Source of the DNA: Gemmatimonadaceae bacterium
GTDB lineage: Bacteria > Gemmatimonadota > Gemmatimonadetes > Gemmatimonadales > Gemmatimonadaceae
Assembly: GCA_033763905.1 (NCBI GenBank)
Contig: JANRJP010000066.1
Coordinates: 1 to 37,422 of the forward strand
Length of the DNA: 37,422 nt
Direction of reading: 5' to 3'
Position numbers and translations under genes: made by a program. Within the stretch, counting starts at the first letter, position 1. Each line of letters begins with the position of its first letter. Shown here piece after piece: positions 1 to 10,400 of this stretch. The notes below the pieces were generated by a model, which was not told the DNA's origin, ran no database searches, and worked only from the letters and a program-made list of their open reading frames with translations.

Positions 1-182
1 GCCGCCCGCAGCAGATCCTCGGGTCGCGCGGCCGACACGATGAGGAGCGTGTTGTAGTCGCTCCCGGTGAGCATCGCGCCCGGCGCCGCCTGCGACCCAT
101 ACAGCACCACCGCCTGCAGGGTGCTCCCCCACGCGGCCTGGAGGGCCTCCGTGAACTGCTCCAGCGTCATTCGCTTCGCCAT
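1..182 (-). CDS. Nucleotidyltransferase-fold protein, 5' part (runs off the window edge)
   Basis: Manual translation from ATG at 182: MAKRMTLEQFTEALQAAWGSTLQAVVLYGSQAAPGAMLTGSDYNTLLIV. The VVLYGS...SDYN motif resembles Pol-beta-like NTases. Starts 15 nt after the TPM gene stop. Confidence 0.65.
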   Translation of the reverse strand, partial: MAKRMTLEQFTEALQAAWGSTLQAVVLYGSQAAPGAMLTGSDYNTLLIVSAARPEDLLRA

Positions 183-197
183 ATGCGCTCTGCCTGA

Positions 198-1100
198 TTA
201 GAAGTCGCCGCTCGAGCCGCCGCCCGAGAAGCCGCCACCGCCACCGAAGCCCCCAAAGCCGCCGCCGAACCCGCCGCCGCCACCGCCACCTCCGGACGAC
301 CAGCTCCCGCCACGCCCGCCACTGCTGGCGCTGCGCAACAGGGAATCGATCACCATCCACTTGAGCAGTTCGCCGCCGCTACTCGCTCGGCGACCACGGC
401 GTCGTCCGCTGCTGAGCGCGGAGAGCACGACGAGCAGCAGGAAGAACACGAGCGCACCGCGCGACGAGGACGTGCGCTTGACCCGTCGCACCGGCTCGGG
501 CGCGCTGGCCCCGTCGAGCGAGAACGCGAACTCGGTCGCGTAGCGCTCGGCGAGCCGCAACGTGATCAGCTCGAGCCCACCGCCGTAGTCACCGGCGGCC
601 AGGTACGGCGTTGCCTCGCGGCGGATGTCGCCCGCGACGGCGTCGGGAATGAAGCCTTCGACGCCGCGTCCGGTGGCGATCGCGATCTTGCCTTTGCCGT
701 CCGGCGAGCGCCCCTTGGGAATGAGCAGCACGACCACGCCGGCGTTCTTGGCGGCATCGCCCGCTTCGCCGGCCGCACCGACGCCCCACAGGCGGCCGAT
801 CTTGTACGCCAAGTCGGCGACTTCGGTGTCGTCGATCGCGGGGAGCGTCACGACCGCGATCTCGCCCTTCGACGCGTCGCGGACCCGCTGGGCCAGCGCG
901 GTCATCCGTGCCTTGTTCGCCGACGGAATGATCCCCGCGAAGTCGTTGATGAGCCCCTGCGGTGCGGGAATCGTGAGGGTGTCCTGGGCGTGCGCCACAC
1001 CGGCGCCGAGCGCGAAGCACGCGGTGGCGAGCGCCAGCCCCCGCCAGCGGAGGGGCCGGGGCGCACGAAGCCGAGACAGCCGAGAGAGCAGAAGTTGCAT
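198..1100 (-). CDS. TPM domain (YgcG/TLP18.3-like) membrane protein with Gly-rich tail
   Basis: Signal peptide (AHA-Q), INDFAGII, EIAVVT, WGVG...NAGVVVLL, IATGRGVEGFIPD, one TM helix, terminal GGFGGGGGFSGGGSSGDF. Confidence 0.9.
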   Translation of the reverse strand: MQLLLSRLSRLRAPRPLRWRGLALATACFALGAGVAHAQDTLTIPAPQGLINDFAGIIPSANKARMTALAQRVRDASKGEIAVVTLPAIDDTEVADLAYKIGRLWGVGAAGEAGDAAKNAGVVVLLIPKGRSPDGKGKIAIATGRGVEGFIPDAVAGDIRREATPYLAAGDYGGGLELITLRLAERYATEFAFSLDGASAPEPVRRVKRTSSSRGALVFFLLLVVLSALSSGRRRGRRASSGGELLKWMVIDSLLRSASSGGRGGSWSSGGGGGGGGFGGGFGGFGGGGGFSGGGSSGDF

Positions 1101-1216
1101 ATCGGGGGTTGGCGGCGGCGAAGCGGCACTCCGATCCGCCGTGCCGTGTATCTTACGTATGCGTTCGCTGCAGGTGTCAGCGGACTCCCGGTCTCTGCCA
1201 CTTGCCTCCCGACGGT

Positions 1217-1891
1217 ATGCGTCGCTACAGCCTTCGTGCCTTGCTGGTTGCCGCCTGTGTGGCGTCGCCAGTGCTTCCCACCATCGCCGCGGCCCAAGGT
1301 CCTGCCGCGCCGTCCGCGGCCGCCCGCACCGCGATGGCGGCCGCTGACCGCGGGCGCATCCAGGGCAGCGACAGCGCCAAGCTCTGGATCATCGTGATGA
1401 GTGACTTCCAGTGCCCGTTCTGCAAGCGCTGGCACGACGAGACCGACGCCGTCATTCGGCGCGACTACGTCAACACGGGGAAGGCCAAACTCGCCTTCAT
1501 CAACTTCCCGCTGCGCTCGCACAAGAATGCCGTGCCGACGGCCGAAGCCGCGATGTGCGCCGCGGCGCAGGGCAAGTTCTGGCCGTACCACGACGCGCTC
1601 TTCGCGACGCAGGAGCGCTGGTCGGGGATGGCGGATCCGTCGCCGCTGCTGGACGAGCTCGCGGCCAAGACGGCCGGCCTCGATGTGGCCGCGCATCGCA
1701 CCTGCCGCAGCGAGCGCCAGATGAAGTTGCTGGTCGAAAGCGACTTGCAGCGCGGCGTGTCGGCCGGCGTATCGGGCACGCCCGCGTTCGTGATCGGCAC
1801 ACAGTCGCTGGGTGGCGCACTGCCGGCGGCGGAGTTCGTGCGCGTCATCGAGCAGGAACTCCAGAAGCTGGGAGCCGGCCCGAGGAAGTGA
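1217..1891 (+). CDS. DsbA family thioredoxin-fold protein (exported)
   Basis: SDFQCPFC (CxxC), FPL..H, AEAAMCA..QGKFWPYHDALF, GVSGTPAF (cis-Pro). Start moved to ATG 1217, which begins a signal peptide. Confidence 0.9.
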   Translation: MRRYSLRALLVAACVASPVLPTIAAAQGPAAPSAAARTAMAAADRGRIQGSDSAKLWIIVMSDFQCPFCKRWHDETDAVIRRDYVNTGKAKLAFINFPLRSHKNAVPTAEAAMCAAAQGKFWPYHDALFATQERWSGMADPSPLLDELAAKTAGLDVAAHRTCRSERQMKLLVESDLQRGVSAGVSGTPAFVIGTQSLGGALPAAEFVRVIEQELQKLGAGPRK

Positions 1892-3213
1892 CCGGCGTGG
1901 CGCTGCACGGATCGCTCGCCGAGTTGGCGTGGCGCGCGATCGGCGGCGTCGCGAATGCTGCGGTGCAGTGGCCGTGGCGCTCGGAGAGCAAGCTCGCGCG
2001 GTCGTTCCGCCTCCGCCGCGGCGTCGCGTCGCGTCTGCGCCGCTTCGCCGAGACCGAGCGCGATCCGGCGCGACCGCTCGTCTGGATGCACGCGCCCTCG
2101 GTGGGCGAAGGCCTGCAAGCGCGTCCGGTGCTGGAGGCATTGCGGGCCGCGCATCCTGACTGGCAATTGGCCTACACGTTCTACTCGCCGAGCGCCGAGG
2201 CCTTCGCGATGCGCCTCGCGGTCGACGTGGCGGACGTCCTGCCGTTCGACACGACCGCCAACGCCACGATGCTGCTCGACACGCTGCGCCCGTCGGTGCT
2301 GGTCTTCTCGAAGCTGGACGTGTGGCCGCTACTCGTCCGAGCCGCCGCACAACGCGGGGTGCGGTTGGCGATGACGTCGGCCACGCTCCGCGCGGGCTCG
2401 GGACGCGAATCGGCGCTGGTCGCGTCGCTACTTCGTCCGGCGTACGCGGCGCTCGACGCCGTCGGTGCGATCACCGCCGAGGATGGCGCGCGCCTCGTGC
2501 GCCTCGGCGTTCGGGCCGACGCGGTCACCGTCACGGGCGACACGCGGTACGATCAAGTCTGGGCGCGTGCCGACGCGGCGCAGCGTGCCCTGCCCTTTGG
2601 AGCGCCGGATGAGGCGCGACCACTGGTCGTTGCGGGATCCACGTGGCCTGCCGATGACGCGGTGCTCTTGCCCGCCTGGGAGTCCATTGTGCGTCGGTGG
2701 CCGCACGCGCGCCTGATGGTGGCGCCGCACGAACCCACCGCCGCGGCCGTCGAGCGGTTGGAGGCGTGGGCGCGATCGCGGGGACTGCGCGTGGCGCGGG
2801 TGAACGCCGCCGACGCCCGCGAGGCGTCGGTGGTCATCGTGGACACGGTCGGGCAGCTCGGGGATCTGTACAGTGCGGCGTCGGTGGCGTTCGTCGGTGG
2901 CGGCTTCCACGCGGCGGGATTGCATTCGGTGCTCGAGCCCGCGGCGTACGGTGTGCCGGTCATCTGTGGTCCCGCGTCGCCAACTCAGCCGGACGCCGTG
3001 GCCCTCGCCGACGCATCGGCGCTGGTGCGGGTGTCGTCGACGGCTGCGTTGCTCGACACGCTCAGTCGGTGGCTCGACCACCCCGACGCGCGGGCACAGG
3101 CGGGGGCGGCGGCGCGGCTCGTGGTGATGCAGCACCGCGGCGCGACGACACGGAGCGTCGCCGTGATTGAACACCTCGTCGCGTCGCACGCGGCCAACCC
3201 GTCGTCCCGATGA
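1888..3213 (+). CDS. waaA: 3-deoxy-D-manno-octulosonic acid (Kdo) transferase
   Basis: WMHAPSVGE, LPFDT, TGDTRYD, VAGSTW, APHEP, DTVGQLGDLY, FVGGGF, HSVLEPAAYGVPV. GTG start overlaps the DsbA stop (GTGA). Confidence 0.88.
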   Translation: MTGVALHGSLAELAWRAIGGVANAAVQWPWRSESKLARSFRLRRGVASRLRRFAETERDPARPLVWMHAPSVGEGLQARPVLEALRAAHPDWQLAYTFYSPSAEAFAMRLAVDVADVLPFDTTANATMLLDTLRPSVLVFSKLDVWPLLVRAAAQRGVRLAMTSATLRAGSGRESALVASLLRPAYAALDAVGAITAEDGARLVRLGVRADAVTVTGDTRYDQVWARADAAQRALPFGAPDEARPLVVAGSTWPADDAVLLPAWESIVRRWPHARLMVAPHEPTAAAVERLEAWARSRGLRVARVNAADAREASVVIVDTVGQLGDLYSAASVAFVGGGFHAAGLHSVLEPAAYGVPVICGPASPTQPDAVALADASALVRVSSTAALLDTLSRWLDHPDARAQAGAAARLVVMQHRGATTRSVAVIEHLVASHAANPSSR

Positions 3214-5039
3214 GACAACGGCGGTGGGGATTCGCCGTGGCGGCCTTCGCGGCCCCGTGGGTGCTGCTGGCCGCGGCGGAGGTCGCCTTGCGGCGCTGGT
3301 GGCCCGAGGGCGCGCCGGCGCCGCTCACGATTGCGGCCATCGAACCGCGCGGCGCCCGCATCGCGAATCCTGCGCTCGCCACACGGTGGTTCCGCGGCGA
3401 GGCCGAGCCGCCGACCGCTCCGCTCGAGCCCTTCGCGCCGGATGCCCCGGATGGCGGGCTGCGACTGGTGGTGCTCGGCGAGTCGTCCGCGCAGGGGTTT
3501 CCCTTCCCGCGCAACGCGATGTTCTCGCGCGTGGTGCGGGACGCCCTGGACGACCGCCTCGGCGCTGGGCGCGTGCAGGTGATCAACTTCGGCATCGCGG
3601 CGACGAACAGCTACGCCGTGCTCGATCTCGTGCCCGATGTGCTCGCGCTCGCACCCGATGCCGTGCTGATCTACGCCGGGCACAACGAGTATTACGGCGC
3701 CGATGGTGTGGCGTCGACCACGTCGATGGGATTGCCGCCCGCGCTGGTACGCACGGCGATGCAGGTCCGGCGCTATCGGTTGGGCGCGGCGCTCGACGCC
3801 GCGATCCGCCGCCTGCGGTCGCAGCCCGCCGCCACCGAGCTCGCCGCATCGCCGAGTATGATGGAGCGCGTCGCGGGCGAACGCGCGATCCCGCTTGAGT
3901 CGGCGCTTTTCAGCGCCGGTGTCGCGCAGTACCGCGGCAATCTGTCGCGTGCCGTCGGTGCCTTGCGGCAGGCCGGCGTCCCGGTGCTGCTCGGCACGCT
4001 GGCGAGCAACGAGCGCGACCAGCCGCCGTTCGCGGGCAACCCGCGTGAGGGGCCGGCGTGGCAAGCCTACGTGGCCGGGCAGCGTGCGTGGGCGGCGGGG
4101 GATTCGGCGACGGCGCGTGCGGCGTTCGGCCGCGCGCGAGACGCCGATGTCGTGCGGTTTCGCGCCCCCAGCGCCTTCAATGCCGTCATTCGCGAGGTCG
4201 CGCAGGCCACGGGGGCGGTGGTGGTGCCGGTTGCCGAGGCCTTCGCGGCGGCGGCGCCCGGGGGGAGCCCTGGGCGCGAGCTGTTCACCGAACACGTGCA
4301 TCCCACCAGTCTTGGCTACGCGCTGCTCGGCCGCACGTTTGCCGAGGCGATTGTCGCACAGGGCTGCTTCGGCCGACCCTGTGCCGGCGGCACGATGCCA
4401 TCCGCATCGGCGCTCGAGGCGCGAATGGCCTTGAGCGCGCTCGACAGCGGGCTCGTGCGGCACCGCTTGGGCGCGCTGATGACGCGATGGCCCTTCGTGC
4501 CGCCCGATTCGGTGCGCGACTACCGCGCGACGGTGCGCGTGCGCGATTCCATCGACGCCATCGCGCTGGAAGGGTCGCGCGGCGGCATCGGTTGGGAAGA
4601 TGCCAAGATCGCCGCAATGCGCGTGCATCTGGCCGCGGGCAACACGGCCGCCGCGCGTCGTGAACTCGATGGACTCCGTCGGGATCGCCCCTGGGATGAG
4701 CGACCGATCCGCCTGGCGGCGGACACCTGGCTTGCCGAGCGCCAGCCCGCTCGGGCCGAGTCACTCTACGTCGCGGCGCGCGCACTGCAACCGACCGCGG
4801 AAGGCTCGCTCGCCTTGGCCAAGCTGGCGGCCGCGCGAGGCGACAGCCGCGCCGATGTCGTGTATCACGACGAAGCCGCGCGCCTGGCGCCGCAGTCGGC
4901 GGAGTTGCAGTTGCAGGCCAGCTACGCCCACGGCCGTCAGCGGGCGCTGGAGCCGGCACGCGCGGCGGCGGTGCGTGCCTTTCGCATCAACCCTGCCCTG
5001 CCCGGACTGGTCGAGTGGATGCGCGCGCTCGGGCTGTAG
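3210..5039 (+). CDS. Membrane-anchored SGNH/GDSL hydrolase family protein with TPR-like helical regions
   Basis: N-terminal TM, VLGESS (block I), INFG (II), YAGHNEYYG (III), FTEHVHP (V). ATGA overlap with the waaA stop. Confidence 0.75.
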   Translation: MRQRRWGFAVAAFAAPWVLLAAAEVALRRWWPEGAPAPLTIAAIEPRGARIANPALATRWFRGEAEPPTAPLEPFAPDAPDGGLRLVVLGESSAQGFPFPRNAMFSRVVRDALDDRLGAGRVQVINFGIAATNSYAVLDLVPDVLALAPDAVLIYAGHNEYYGADGVASTTSMGLPPALVRTAMQVRRYRLGAALDAAIRRLRSQPAATELAASPSMMERVAGERAIPLESALFSAGVAQYRGNLSRAVGALRQAGVPVLLGTLASNERDQPPFAGNPREGPAWQAYVAGQRAWAAGDSATARAAFGRARDADVVRFRAPSAFNAVIREVAQATGAVVVPVAEAFAAAAPGGSPGRELFTEHVHPTSLGYALLGRTFAEAIVAQGCFGRPCAGGTMPSASALEARMALSALDSGLVRHRLGALMTRWPFVPPDSVRDYRATVRVRDSIDAIALEGSRGGIGWEDAKIAAMRVHLAAGNTAAARRELDGLRRDRPWDERPIRLAADTWLAERQPARAESLYVAARALQPTAEGSLALAKLAAARGDSRADVVYHDEAARLAPQSAELQLQASYAHGRQRALEPARAAAVRAFRINPALPGLVEWMRALGL

Positions 5040-5095
5040 CGGTGTCGGGTCGTGGCAGTAGCTTGTCGTTCACCCCGTTTCGTGTGGAGTCAGCA

Positions 5096-5623
5096 ATGCA
5101 ACCTGTGGTGCGTTCTCTCGTCGTGATGGCGGCTGCGGCCGCCAGTGGCTGTGCGAGCGGTGGCGGTTCGGCGGCAGCGCCAGCGGCACCGACGGCAGCG
5201 CAGAATCTTGCAGCCGCGATCAACAGCCGGTGGACCGGCAACTTTCAGGCGACGCCGCAGAATCGTGGCGCACTGACCGGCAGCGTCCGTCTTCGCGCCA
5301 GCGGTAGCGTCATCATCGACGCCGACGGCGCCAACGAAGCCAGCGTCTACGAGTTGGTCGTGTCGATCCCGAGCATCAACAACCCGCGGCAGATGGCCTG
5401 GGCGGTGCTGCCCGGTCGTTGCGGGTCGACGGCGATTCCGATTCTGGCGGTGAACAGCTTTGGCGTGATCGAGGTCGGCGCCGACGGCCGCGGGGTGTCG
5501 AAGGGCCGGTTCCCGGCACGCCTGACCGAGCCGTCGTATCACGTCAACGTGTACTGGAACCGCGGCGAGGACATTGGCGACGTGGCCACCTGCGCCAACC
5601 TGCGAACCGGCACCGCCGGCTAA
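5096..5623 (+). CDS. Hypothetical lipoprotein with a Cys pair
   Basis: GGAG RBS before ATG 5096, lipobox-like ASGC, motifs WAVLPGRCGS, YHVNVY, ATCANL. Confidence 0.7.
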   Translation: MQPVVRSLVVMAAAAASGCASGGGSAAAPAAPTAAQNLAAAINSRWTGNFQATPQNRGALTGSVRLRASGSVIIDADGANEASVYELVVSIPSINNPRQMAWAVLPGRCGSTAIPILAVNSFGVIEVGADGRGVSKGRFPARLTEPSYHVNVYWNRGEDIGDVATCANLRTGTAG

Positions 5624-5674
5624 GCGAGGCGGTCCCTCGGTCGGCCGCGCGTCAGCGCGACTGCGTCCGAACGC

Positions 5675-5713
5675 ACAACGCCCCCGGCAGACGTGGTCTG
5701 CCGGGGGCGTTGT
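5675..5713. terminator. Bidirectional terminator-like hairpin between convergent genes
   Basis: acaacgcccccggcagac-gtg-gtctgccgggggcgttgt, a perfect 18-bp stem. Confidence 0.75.
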
Positions 5714-5728
5714 CGTACCGTGGAGCGG

Positions 5729-7429
5729 TTACTGCGCGCCGAGCGTCAGTTCGTACGGACGCGGCGTGCGCTTCGGGAAGCGCAGGGTCATCGTGCCCTT
5801 CGGCGTCTCGAGCAGGCGCTCTTCACCGAAGTAGTTCGAGAGCCCGTAGGTCCCCGTGCCGACGACCGGCGCGAGGAGACGATCCGGGTTGCCGACGCCA
5901 CCGAAGGTGTAGATCGGGAGGCGCAGCGTCTCGAGTTCACGCGCCGGCACCGGGAGGTGACGGAGCGTGCCGGCCTGAAGACGATCGACGTGGCGGGCGC
6001 GGGCGAACTCGAAGCCGCTGGTGTTGAGCAGTTCGATATCGCGCTCGTAGTCGATGTACCCGAGCAGCGTCGCATCGGACTCGGCCGTGGTGGCCGGCGG
6101 CAGGTTGCCGCGCGTCACGCGCGAGTTGTTGATCAGCTGGACGGCGACGTTGCGGTCCCCGTTGGTGCGGATCAGGGCTTCGGCGCGAATCAGGTCGCTT
6201 TCCGCGGCGAGGAAGAGCGGTACCGCCGTGAGGGCGGCCGTCGAGCTCGTGCGGGCGTGCGAGTAGAAGCGCTTGTGGAACCAATTCGACTGCATGTAGA
6301 TGCCGCGGGCCGGGTCACCGATGACGACGGCGCAGGTCGAGCCCGTCGTGCCGGTGATGATGCCGTCGCCCGGGGGCGTGGCCGTGGCGGTGCCGCAGCG
6401 GTGGAAGTCCGACACGTAGCGCGCATCGGGCGACGTGCCGCGCGGGCCGTTGACGCCGGCGTACGGCGCCGGGGTCGTGCCGTCCATCCGGCGGATCACG
6501 CGGTGGTCGGTGCGGATCCAGGAGTGCTCGTTGCCGTAGAAGTTGACGTACGAGTACCAGTTGACGTTGTCACCCTGCACCACGACGTCGAAGGGCGCGC
6601 CGGCGGTGCCGGTGCCGATGCCCTGCGCCGAGAGCGTGGCGACACGCGCCCAGTTCACCGTCGCCGCTTCCGCCGCGCCACGCGGATTGTACGTGTCGAG
6701 CAGTGCGGCGTAGGTGGAGGCGATGCGGCGGAGCCGCTGCATCGTCAGACCACCCGTGATCGGGAAGACCGTGCTGGCGTAGGTGAAGTCGTTTGTGCCG
6801 ACCTCGGTGAAGAACTGGTCCCACTTCGCGGCCGCCAACTGACGAACGTTGGTGTAGGGCTGCAGCGTCGGGACGGCACCACCGGAGATGGCAATCGCGC
6901 TGTCCTCATCGACCGCGAAGGCGCGGTCGAAGTGGAGGGCGAGGTTGGTGAGCGAGGCGGCCTGGCTGAAGCGCGCGAGCGCGACCCACGGCCGGTTGCC
7001 GCCGGGGATCTGCAGACCGTTGCGGACCGCCACCAGCACGTCATTCGCCGCGCCGAGGGTCTGGTAGTTGAAGTTCCACGGGCTTTCCGTCACGGCGCGG
7101 TCGGAACCGGCCGAGAGGTTGGCATATGCGATACGCGGTTCAAGGTTGTTGAAGCGCATCCCGAAGTTGCCGAAGTTCGACGTGTTCGCGTCGGCCGTCG
7201 TGGAGAGCATCGCGTGCGGCTCGAGGTACGTCGTGGTGAGGTACCACGAGTTGATCGAGGAGATCGCGAGGTTCTGCACGTCCTGAGCGGACGCGAGGGC
7301 GCGGCGGATGTCCGGGGCGTTGAGGTTGGCGACGTCGAGGTTCTCGTCGCAGCCAACAGCAGCAAGCACACCGAGACCCGCGGCGAGGCGCCGGAGGCGG
7401 GGGCTGAACATAGAGGTGAGGGCTCTCAT
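5729..7429 (-). CDS. RagB/SusD-like outer-membrane lipoprotein
   Basis: Lipobox AVGC, LDVANLNAPD, ESDLIRAEA, INNSRVTRGNL, YERDIEL, HLPVPAREL. TGATG coupling to the upstream SusC. An alternative start is ATG 7411. Confidence 0.85.
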   Translation of the reverse strand: MRALTSMFSPRLRRLAAGLGVLAAVGCDENLDVANLNAPDIRRALASAQDVQNLAISSINSWYLTTTYLEPHAMLSTTADANTSNFGNFGMRFNNLEPRIAYANLSAGSDRAVTESPWNFNYQTLGAANDVLVAVRNGLQIPGGNRPWVALARFSQAASLTNLALHFDRAFAVDEDSAIAISGGAVPTLQPYTNVRQLAAAKWDQFFTEVGTNDFTYASTVFPITGGLTMQRLRRIASTYAALLDTYNPRGAAEAATVNWARVATLSAQGIGTGTAGAPFDVVVQGDNVNWYSYVNFYGNEHSWIRTDHRVIRRMDGTTPAPYAGVNGPRGTSPDARYVSDFHRCGTATATPPGDGIITGTTGSTCAVVIGDPARGIYMQSNWFHKRFYSHARTSSTAALTAVPLFLAAESDLIRAEALIRTNGDRNVAVQLINNSRVTRGNLPPATTAESDATLLGYIDYERDIELLNTSGFEFARARHVDRLQAGTLRHLPVPARELETLRLPIYTFGGVGNPDRLLAPVVGTGTYGLSNYFGEERLLETPKGTMTLRFPKRTPRPYELTLGAQ

Positions 7430-10400
7430 CAGAAGTTGATCTCGATCGCGCCGGTCAGCGTCCGGAAGTTCGGATAGCGGAAGCCGTCGATGCGGAAGTT
7501 GAGGTCACCGTTCGCGACTTCCGGATCGAAGCCCGTGTAGTTCGTGAAGGTGAACAGGTTGCGGCCGATAAGCGACAGCTTGAGGCCGCTGATCATCCCG
7601 TCGAGCTTGAGCGAGCGCAGCTGCTTGAGCGGCACGTTGTAGCCGAGCGAGACTTCGCGGATCTTCATATACGAGCCGTCCTCGACAAAGTACTCGCTGG
7701 CTGCGAGCGCGTTATAGAGGCCGCCCGAGTAGAAGGTCTGCGCAACCTTGTCGGCGTCCGCCTTGCCCGCCTGGTCGAGATCCCCGTGGCGGAGATCCTG
7801 GAACATCCACTGCTTCGTGAAGTTGTAGATGTCGCCACCGACCTGGCCGTCGAACAGGGTGTAGAGCGAGAAGTTCCCGAAGCGGATCGTGTTGGCGATG
7901 CCGAAGTTGAAGTCCGGGTTCACATCGCCGATCTGGAACTGGTTCACGCCCGTCGTGCCGTCGACCAGCACGATCGGCGCCTCGTTCGGCGCCCCGCGGA
8001 GGCTGCGGCGTACCAGGAAGCCCAGCGGGTTGACGACGAAGCTGTCGGCCGGCGCCACGACGCCACCGATCACGCAACCACCCGCCGCGTTCATGCGGAT
8101 GTTGCAGTCGGAGTACGAGCGGGCGTACTTCGTGCCGAACATGATGCCGAGGGTGCCTTCGCGGTAATAGAAGACGTCCTGGCCCTGACCACCGGCGTTG
8201 ACGCGGAACGGCGCGCGGCCGAGGCGGTCGATGTTCTGGCGGGTGCGGTCACCGGTGAGGGTGACGTTCCAGCCGAAGTTGCGGCCGTCTGCGAGGACTG
8301 CGTTGAGCGTGACTTCGGTCGAAGTGGCGCTGATGTCGGCCGCGTTCTGGATCTGCGAGAGGAAGCCGCCCGACTGTGCCAGCGAGAGCGGCACGTTCAG
8401 GAAGGCGCCTTCGGTGACGCGCTTGGCGTTGACCACTTCAAGATCGAAGCGGTTCAGGAACGCCAAGTTGAAGCCGTATTCGTCTTCGGTCTGGATCGCG
8501 GGCTTGAGCAGGCGGTTACCCAGCTGCGCCTTCGAGACCTGACCGGCCGAAAGCGAGTAGGTCTCGAACTGGTCGGAGAACCCGGGGCGGAGACCCGCGG
8601 TTCCGCGCGCGGCGCGGATGCGGAATTCCTGGACGCCGGGGAGCTTGAAGTCTTCGCTGATGCGGTAGGCACCGGCGACGCGATAGAAGTTCTGGAAGCG
8701 CGCGTCGGGGCCGAAGAGCGACGAGCCGTCACGACGATACAAGGCGTCGAGGATGTAGCGATCCTTGAAGTCGAACGACTGCGACAGCATGTAGTTGACC
8801 GTGCGACGCTCGACGTAGCCCGAGTTCACCGACACCTGGGCCGGATCGGCGGCGGCGAGGTCCGGCACGTCGGTCACGTTCAGCCGCGTGCCCTGCGCGA
8901 AGACGCTGCGGTTCGACTCGAGTTCGCGCAGCCACATCGCACGCGTCGTCGAATTGAGCTTGTCGAAGAAGCGCTTCGTGGCGGTCGCCGTCACCTGCGT
9001 GTTCGTCGCGATGTTCGACGCGTACGTGTCGGCCAGCAGGCCCGTACCCGGCGCGCCCGTTTCCTGCAGATAGCCGCGGAAGCGGTACGTGCGCTCGTTG
9101 GTGTTGAGGCGGTCCGTGCCGTACTGCGCTTCGACGCGGAGCCAGTTCGTGGGACGATAGCGGAACGCGAACGACCCGAGGATGCGCTCACGACGACGCG
9201 CGAACTCCTGGTTGACCAGCTCGTAGAGCGGGTTCACACGGGCCGAGGGCGAGTTCGCCACCGGAATCAGCGGGTAGTAGTCGACCGGGGCGTTGCCGCC
9301 CGGGTTCTTGAGATCGACGTCACCCGGCATCTGCAGGAAGCTGAACCACGCCCCCGTCGCGCCGTCCGGGCTGAAGTCGTTGAAGATGTTGCCGTACGTG
9401 ATGCCGGCCGACAGATCCATCTTGTCGTTCAGCCCCTGGTCCACATTGAGGCGGAAGTTCCGGCGGCTCTGGCCGGTGCGGAACGGCAGCAGGCCTTCGT
9501 TCTGGTCGATCGCGAACGAGGTGTTGAGGTTGGTGTTTCCGCGACGGAGCCCGACCTGCAGGTTCGTGGTGCGGAAGTCACCGTTCTGCGCCCACTCCTC
9601 GAGCTGGTTGCGCCAACGGTTGGCGCCCGACGGGAACGGGTTGTCGGCGATGTTGTTCGGGTCGCTGACGCGCGCACCCGCGGCGTTGGTGATGATTTCG
9701 CCGGTCGTCGGGTCGGTCTGGAACGCGTGGCTCTTGTTGAGCGGGATCATCCGCCACAGGTCGTTGCGACCGAACTCGTTGCGGAGCGAGTAGGTGACCC
9801 GGTTCTGCTGGAGCCCCTTGCCGCGCTTGGTCGCGATATTGATGACGCCAGAGGCCGCATCCGAGCCGTAGAACGACGAGGCCGCCGCACCCTTCAGGAC
9901 TTCGATCGACTCGATGTCGCTGACGTCGATGTCGGCGAGGTTGTTCTTCGTGAAGACGCCGTCGATGATGATCAGCGGCGAGCTGCCGCCGACGCCCAGC
10001 GACGTCGAGCCACGGAGACGCACGACCGGCGCGCCACCCGGGCCGCCCGCGCCGATGTTCACCTTGGCACCCGCGACCTTGCCGGCCAGCGCGGCGATCG
10101 GCGACGTCGCCGGCACCTGGTTGAGCTGCTCACCGTCGATCTTCGCGACCGAGATCGGGAGCTTGGTCACGCTCTGTTCGTCGCTCACGCCCGTCACGAC
10201 CACCTGCTCGAGGCGGAGCGGATCCTTCACCATCTGGAAGTCGGCCGACACCTGGCCGCCCGGCGCAAGCGAAATCGTGCGCGTCTGCGGCTTGAAACCA
10301 ATGGCGCGCGCCGACAGTACAACCTGTTGAGCCCGCGCGAGGTTGCTCGGCACGACCAGGGTGTACGCACCGGTCGCATTCGTCGAGGCCCGAAGCGAGA

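Noticed and set aside
205..330. (GCC/ACC)n-like repeats
   Set aside because: They encode the Gly-rich tail typical of TPM-domain proteins and are not a repeat array or CRISPR
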